A DNA stretch of 39,957 bases from an uncultured Methanosarcinales archaeon (GTDB taxonomy: Archaea > Nanobdellota > Nanobdellia > Woesearchaeales > CAZPJY01), in assembly GCA_964587045.1 (NCBI GenBank), contig CAZPJY010000017.1, positions 1 through 39,957 of the forward strand, in the 5' to 3' direction. The translations under genes and the position numbers were made by a program. The notes under the pieces are model-generated. The model did no database searches, was not told where the DNA came from, and saw only the letters and a program-made list of their open reading frames with translations. Positions 35,378 through 39,957 of this stretch are shown in pieces (positions within the stretch are counted from its first letter, which is position 1; each line of letters starts with the position of its first letter).

Positions 35378-35824
35378 ATGCTTTCAAAGAAGGACCTGCT
35401 AATACTCACGCAGCTGCGGAAGGACGCAAGAAACAGCCTGGCGCTGATAGCGCGCAGCACAGGGATACCTGTCTCGACCGTGTTCGAGAGGACCAAGGCG
35501 CTTGAGAAGTCGGTCATAACCAAGAACACGACGCTCCTTAACTTCTCTCTCCTGGGCCACTCGCTCAGGGTCAACTTCGTGCTCAGGGCTGCTGACCAGG
35601 AGAAGCTGGTAGCCTACCTGGAGCACCCGAGCGTGAACACGGTCTACCGGCTGATGGGCGACTGCTTCTTCGTCGAGGCCGCGTTCCGGGACATGATGGG
35701 AAAGGAGCGCTTCATGGAGGGCCTCAAGGACTTCGCAGAGGTCGAGGACAGCCACTACGTGATCGAGGACGTCAAGCGCGAGGCGTTCCTGACCAGGCCA
35801 TCCCACATAAAGGCGGTGAGATGA
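35378..35824 (+). CDS. Lrp/AsnC family transcriptional regulator
   Basis: KKDLLILTQLRKDARNSLALIARSTGIPVSTV HTH followed by a RAM-like domain. Confidence 0.88.
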   Translation: MLSKKDLLILTQLRKDARNSLALIARSTGIPVSTVFERTKALEKSVITKNTTLLNFSLLGHSLRVNFVLRAADQEKLVAYLEHPSVNTVYRLMGDCFFVEAAFRDMMGKERFMEGLKDFAEVEDSHYVIEDVKREAFLTRPSHIKAVR

Positions 35825-36280
35825 GTGCTCAAGAGGATGGCGGCGCTGGGGCTTGTCGCGTTGCTCGGCTGCACGCACCCCCTACAGCAGGGATCGGACC
35901 AGATCAACAGGCTCGAGAACTGCCAGTTCATCTACAACGACCTCCCGGGCGGCGCTACCGTGCGCGGCTCATACGAGGGAAAGGTCCGTAAAGATGACGT
36001 GATAGCTTACGCGCGCTTCCGCGACGGCCAGCTGCAGCTGTACGCCCTCCGCCTGTCCCCTGAAGGTAATTATCACTGTGACGGCATCGACCAGGGGGAC
36101 TACTACCTCTTCCGCTTCACGACCAATGGCTTCTCAGACCTCGAGTTCATCGAGAAGGTGAGCGTCGGCTGCGAGGACATGGAGCACGTGACCAAGCCTA
36201 AGACAGGCCTGTCCAAGTTCTTCGACTGGGACCAGTCCCAGCTCCACTTTTTCGAGTTCTGGCTCAAGAGCAAGCTGTGA
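35825..36280 (+). CDS. Putative lipoprotein
   Basis: KRMAALGLVALLG-C lipobox. Confidence 0.7.
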   Translation: MLKRMAALGLVALLGCTHPLQQGSDQINRLENCQFIYNDLPGGATVRGSYEGKVRKDDVIAYARFRDGQLQLYALRLSPEGNYHCDGIDQGDYYLFRFTTNGFSDLEFIEKVSVGCEDMEHVTKPKTGLSKFFDWDQSQLHFFEFWLKSKL

Positions 36281-36335
36281 CCCGAAACGCTTTTATATTC
36301 GCTTTCTGGAAGACCGAGCCACAGGGTGATACATC

Positions 36336-36743
36336 ATGGGAAGAAAGGGTAATTTTGTCAAGAAGGAGAATGACGAAGGTATCTTCTATACAGTCGATGA
36401 CATCATGCGCGGCTACAATGATTGGGACAAGCTCAACAACGTCTACAAGGACCTGCGCGACGTCCTGGGCGAGCCGGTATTTGAGTCAAACGGTAACCTT
36501 GTGTTGGTCTCAGGAAGCCACAGGAAGGCCGGTTACGGCTGGGAGATCTATGACATCGAACAGAACCTCGTATTGCTGGAATACCTGAACAACTGGGAAG
36601 GCTACGCCCACGAGCCGTACAACATGCCCAGACCCAGCACCGGCGGATTCACAATGACCATAGGTCTCACTTTGAGGAAGACCGACAAGAAGCTGGAAAG
36701 AAGGATTGAGAGGATTTTCAACAAGTACCCGAGGAACAAGTGA
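36336..36743 (+). CDS. Hypothetical protein
   Basis: GGGTGA SD; 135-aa ORF overlapping the next start. Confidence 0.7.
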   Translation: MGRKGNFVKKENDEGIFYTVDDIMRGYNDWDKLNNVYKDLRDVLGEPVFESNGNLVLVSGSHRKAGYGWEIYDIEQNLVLLEYLNNWEGYAHEPYNMPRPSTGGFTMTIGLTLRKTDKKLERRIERIFNKYPRNK

Positions 36744-37657
36744 TGGATCCAGTAGAGCTGCTGTTCTCGGACGAGTGGGATGTGAGGCCCTCGCACCAGC
36801 TGATAGTCACCGACGACGCCTACTACCTGGCCCAGTTCGACGAGGCAAGCGAGTTCGAGGTCGACTACGGCGGCTCGAAGTGGGACAAGGAGATGACCTA
36901 CCTGATAGGGGACTGCGACCTCTACCACAGGCACGGCAACGGCATCTATTTCTCGCTGTGGGACAAGGTCTGCCATTTCGAGAGAAACCAGTTGGCGTTC
37001 CGCTCGATCGATGACATCATCAACTACGCTGACATGCTCATGATGATCCCTGACGAGCTCCCCAGGGAGATTGAGGACCTCGCTTCGGACGGCTCTGCTT
37101 TGTACATAGGACTGATCAGCCATGACATACTGGTGGCGGACCGAAACCTTGATGTCAAGCGTTACCTGGACGAGGCCAACTTCGGGGCCTACTTTGCCAG
37201 CTCCGGCTCGTTCTTCGTCGAGATAGGGGACAGGGCTTGGCTCCGTTACCAGGACGGCATACACAAGGAGACCCTGATCCTCGGTGACGAGATACTCGAA
37301 CTGCGCAATGCAGATTGGGAGGATGATGAGTTCGAGGGAGTCATTGTGAACCCCTGCACGGACTCGCGCAACCTGTACATCCTGACACATTTCGGAGACA
37401 TCTGGCACATAACCCAGAAGGGCACGAAGCTCGTCGAGAAGGGCTCGTCGCCCATCGAGGCCGCGATATGCGCAGACAACGGCGAGTACTGCTTCGTGGC
37501 CAAGGACGATGGCGTAACGGTCCTCAAGGATGGGATGGTAATGGGCCAGAACAGACTGGAAGCCGGCATACACGAGGTGGTCGACGTCAACGCGCACGGC
37601 AAGTTCCTATACGTGCTGCTCGAAGACAGAATCCAGCGCTACGTCCTGCTCAGGTGA
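36740..37657 (+). CDS. Acidic hypothetical protein, possibly a beta-propeller
   Basis: Repeated short beta-strand units (DGSALYIG, SRNLYILT, GKFLYVLL). Confidence 0.65.
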   Translation: MMDPVELLFSDEWDVRPSHQLIVTDDAYYLAQFDEASEFEVDYGGSKWDKEMTYLIGDCDLYHRHGNGIYFSLWDKVCHFERNQLAFRSIDDIINYADMLMMIPDELPREIEDLASDGSALYIGLISHDILVADRNLDVKRYLDEANFGAYFASSGSFFVEIGDRAWLRYQDGIHKETLILGDEILELRNADWEDDEFEGVIVNPCTDSRNLYILTHFGDIWHITQKGTKLVEKGSSPIEAAICADNGEYCFVAKDDGVTVLKDGMVMGQNRLEAGIHEVVDVNAHGKFLYVLLEDRIQRYVLLR

Positions 37658-37778
37658 GCTTTCTGAGTCCTTTTCCGAACACGACGCTTCCAAGCTATGG
37701 CGCAAAGCCCAGCTCGTGATGGCTCTCTTGTCCATGATGGACGAAAAGTGCGGTCGGGATAAATATACTTGCCGGTTC

Positions 37779-38924
37779 TCAATCTACTCTCTTTAGGTAT
37801 GCTTTACGCCCGTCAGATACAACATGAACGAGGATCTGGGGCTGCTCACCTATCTCCCTGGCGGCATTCTTAATATTTACAGCCTCAGCCTCGTTGATAA
37901 GAGCGCTTTTGCCGATAATGACCGAAACCTTAGGCAGAAACATCTTGGACATGGGATTGTGATCAACGATTAATTTCAAAAGCTCCCAATAGAGCTTATT
38001 TGGGTGGGGCGATGCTGTTTCAATCTGGAGGAGTCTTTTCCTCGCCATCAGTTCGGTAAGTACTTTATCATAGTGCCAATCGAATGACCCGTCCTCATCA
38101 GGCAGCCGCTTCTCTCCAGACTTACTGTACCATAGGCTGACGCGAGCGGTTAGACCTTCAGGACCTGTCGCCCCGCGGACAAACCATACCTTTACTCCAT
38201 CTTCTTCCCCAAGCGAAAAGTCACAAGGTTCGAAATTTCTAGCCCTCTTATTCTGCAGAAAGAAGGTGTGATGGTTGCGGGTCAAGAACTCCATAATCGG
38301 GCAATGGTTTGGGTCGAACCGGGAAAGATGCCTTATACCCTCATACATGCGTATGAGACCGGGCAATGTCCTGACGAGACCGGGAGGAAGGGGCATGACA
38401 TAGTTGCTTGTTATCTTTCCCCCTTCAAAGAGTGTATAGCTGTGCTGGAAAGGATTGTATCTGTAGGTCGTGATGTGATACCTGTCAGGGATACTCGAGT
38501 CAGCAACCACCTTACGCCTGAACCCTTCAATGTATTCCCAGTAGGAATAACTGAGTTCTTCATAGAATTCACTAGGGTCTTTACCTGTGTATTCATGGTA
38601 TTTTTTTAACATTTCTGAAGCTCTTGGTTTCCCGTCTCCTCTCGGTCCGCGGGTAATTTTACTTTTTGTGAAGAGCGCCTCTTTAAGATGCTCCTCGGAA
38701 ACGTCATCGAATTTGTCCAGCATCTCGCTCTCAATCATACCGGACACACCATCATAGTCTTGTGTGTGCTCGCTGCGTGCTATGACCTTTCCTTTGAAAG
38801 CCCTTGCCTCCCTAATTGAATCAAACCTCCTAGGCACACTGAAGCCGTTCTCCTCGACATAATCAGCAATGGTTCTTTTAGGCTGGCCATTAAGTCGCTC
38901 CGGGTCCTCCAAGTAATAATCCAT
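37779..38924 (-). CDS. Hypothetical protein, lower GC; weak PEP-synthase/ATP-grasp-like N-terminus
   Basis: 381-aa ORF; GFSVPRRF...IARSEHTQDYDGVSGMIES loosely resembles the PPDK_N motifs. Confidence 0.6.
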   Translation of the reverse strand: MDYYLEDPERLNGQPKRTIADYVEENGFSVPRRFDSIREARAFKGKVIARSEHTQDYDGVSGMIESEMLDKFDDVSEEHLKEALFTKSKITRGPRGDGKPRASEMLKKYHEYTGKDPSEFYEELSYSYWEYIEGFRRKVVADSSIPDRYHITTYRYNPFQHSYTLFEGGKITSNYVMPLPPGLVRTLPGLIRMYEGIRHLSRFDPNHCPIMEFLTRNHHTFFLQNKRARNFEPCDFSLGEEDGVKVWFVRGATGPEGLTARVSLWYSKSGEKRLPDEDGSFDWHYDKVLTELMARKRLLQIETASPHPNKLYWELLKLIVDHNPMSKMFLPKVSVIIGKSALINEAEAVNIKNAAREIGEQPQILVHVVSDGRKAYLKRVD

Positions 38925-39042
38925 TAAGACTGTGGGAAATCAATTATTTATAAATCAAGATGTTATTGTATGCTTCCAATCCGCTCGCACATAACGCAAC
39001 CATTATTAAGCAGGCCGGCCCTACCGCATAGCGGGTGATATC

Positions 39043-39909
39043 ATGTCTTTCAAGGATCAGCTGTCGAAAATCAAGGACAACTGGCTGCTCATAGTCATCA
39101 TCGTCGTGCTCGTCGCCATCTTCGCGGGCGGGAGCTCGGTGGTGACAAACCTCGGGCAGGCCACTTACAAGATGGCCGCAGATTCTGTGGAATCCGCAGC
39201 CTACAGGGGCGCCGTTTACTACGGCGATGAGGGGTTCGCGCCCGACGTCGAGGAGCGCGTCATCACCAAGACCGCATCGATATCCAGCGAGGTCGACAGG
39301 GGCCGGTTCAAGGAGGCTGAGACGCAGCTCAAGAACATAGTCAGCTCTGCCGACGCGTTCTTGCTCAACGAGAACGCGAACCTGCACGGCTCCGGGGCTG
39401 ACAGTTTTTATCAGGGCTCGTACCAGATCAAGGTCGACACGGCCAAGTACGCAAGCGTCGTCTCACAGCTCAAGGCCATTGGAGAGGTCAAGAGCTTCAG
39501 CGAAAACACCCTTGACATCACAGGCTCGTACACCAACACCCAGATAGAGATCGACACGGAGAAGGCGAGGCTGGCCCGGTACGAGGAGATGTACGACGAG
39601 GCTACCGACGTTGAGGACAAGATAACCCTCAACGACCGCATCTTCGACCAGGAGAGGAGGGTCAAGTATCTGGAGGACCGCCTCTCCAACATGGACCAGC
39701 GCGTCGACTATTCGACAGTAAGCGTCACTCTGACTGAGAAGAGGAGCAGCTACGCGCAGATAGCGTTCGTCAGGTTCGGCGACCTGGTGAAGAGCCTGGT
39801 GGGAAGCCTCAACGTGGTCCTGTACACGCTTTTCGTGGTCGTGCCGTGGCTTGTGCTGATAGCGGCCGTGGCTTTCGTGGTCAGAATAGTCAGGAAATTG
39901 AGAAGATAG
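39043..39909 (+). CDS. DUF4349 domain membrane-anchored protein
   Basis: RVITKTASISSEV, DITGSYTN, coiled coil, RVDYSTVSVTLTE and a C-terminal TM helix; GGGTGA SD. Confidence 0.88.
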   Translation: MSFKDQLSKIKDNWLLIVIIVVLVAIFAGGSSVVTNLGQATYKMAADSVESAAYRGAVYYGDEGFAPDVEERVITKTASISSEVDRGRFKEAETQLKNIVSSADAFLLNENANLHGSGADSFYQGSYQIKVDTAKYASVVSQLKAIGEVKSFSENTLDITGSYTNTQIEIDTEKARLARYEEMYDEATDVEDKITLNDRIFDQERRVKYLEDRLSNMDQRVDYSTVSVTLTEKRSSYAQIAFVRFGDLVKSLVGSLNVVLYTLFVVVPWLVLIAAVAFVVRIVRKLRR

Positions 39910-39957
39910 GCACAGTATTATATGTTTTTGAACCTTTTTTATATTTTTGTATTCTCT

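Noticed and set aside
33266..37597. Long antisense ORFs (33266..34252, 36602..37597 and others such as 17798..18469 and 23377..24048)
   Set aside because: They shadow well-supported genes on the opposite strand, as expected with high third-position GC.
1..39957. CRISPR array, rRNA, transposase or reverse transcriptase/DGR
   Set aside because: No regularly spaced repeats, rRNA-like tracts, or DDE/RT motifs were seen by eye.

Overview
Chromosomal segment of a GC-rich archaeon, most likely DPANN/Woesearchaeota-like. This assignment is an inference from Dph6, GAPOR, a COG1031-type radical SAM gene, tandem-domain Lrp regulators, TATA-box promoters with mostly leaderless starts, GGTGA/GGAGGT SD motifs and tRNAs lacking an encoded CCA. 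The left third (about 1-13.2 kb) is an accessory region with four toxin-antitoxin modules, two of them bracketed by direct repeats, plus decayed genes and a mirrored pair of double-Lrp regulators. The middle holds a long structured leader RNA candidate ahead of a secreted beta-barrel-like protein, two tandem HEXXH paralogs, a run of a Tat-like zincin and three OB-fold-like lipoproteins, and tRNA-Asn/tRNA-Ile overlapped by a convergent frameshifted LAGLIDADG gene. It also has trpB2 with a Trp-codon leader peptide and a 30-aa class III signal-like micropeptide. The right third carries Dus, an MBL hydrolase, Dph6 plus a GATase, a cation-chloride cotransporter, GAPOR plus a MoaD-like carrier, a bacterial-type lspA and hypothetical genes. 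Best leads: (1) bacterial-type envelope parts in an archaeon (LspA, five lipobox proteins, a beta-barrel candidate under a structured RNA), (2) the tRNA-overlapping LAGLIDADG element, and (3) the candidate Trp attenuator. All family calls come from motif recognition by eye; no searches were run.
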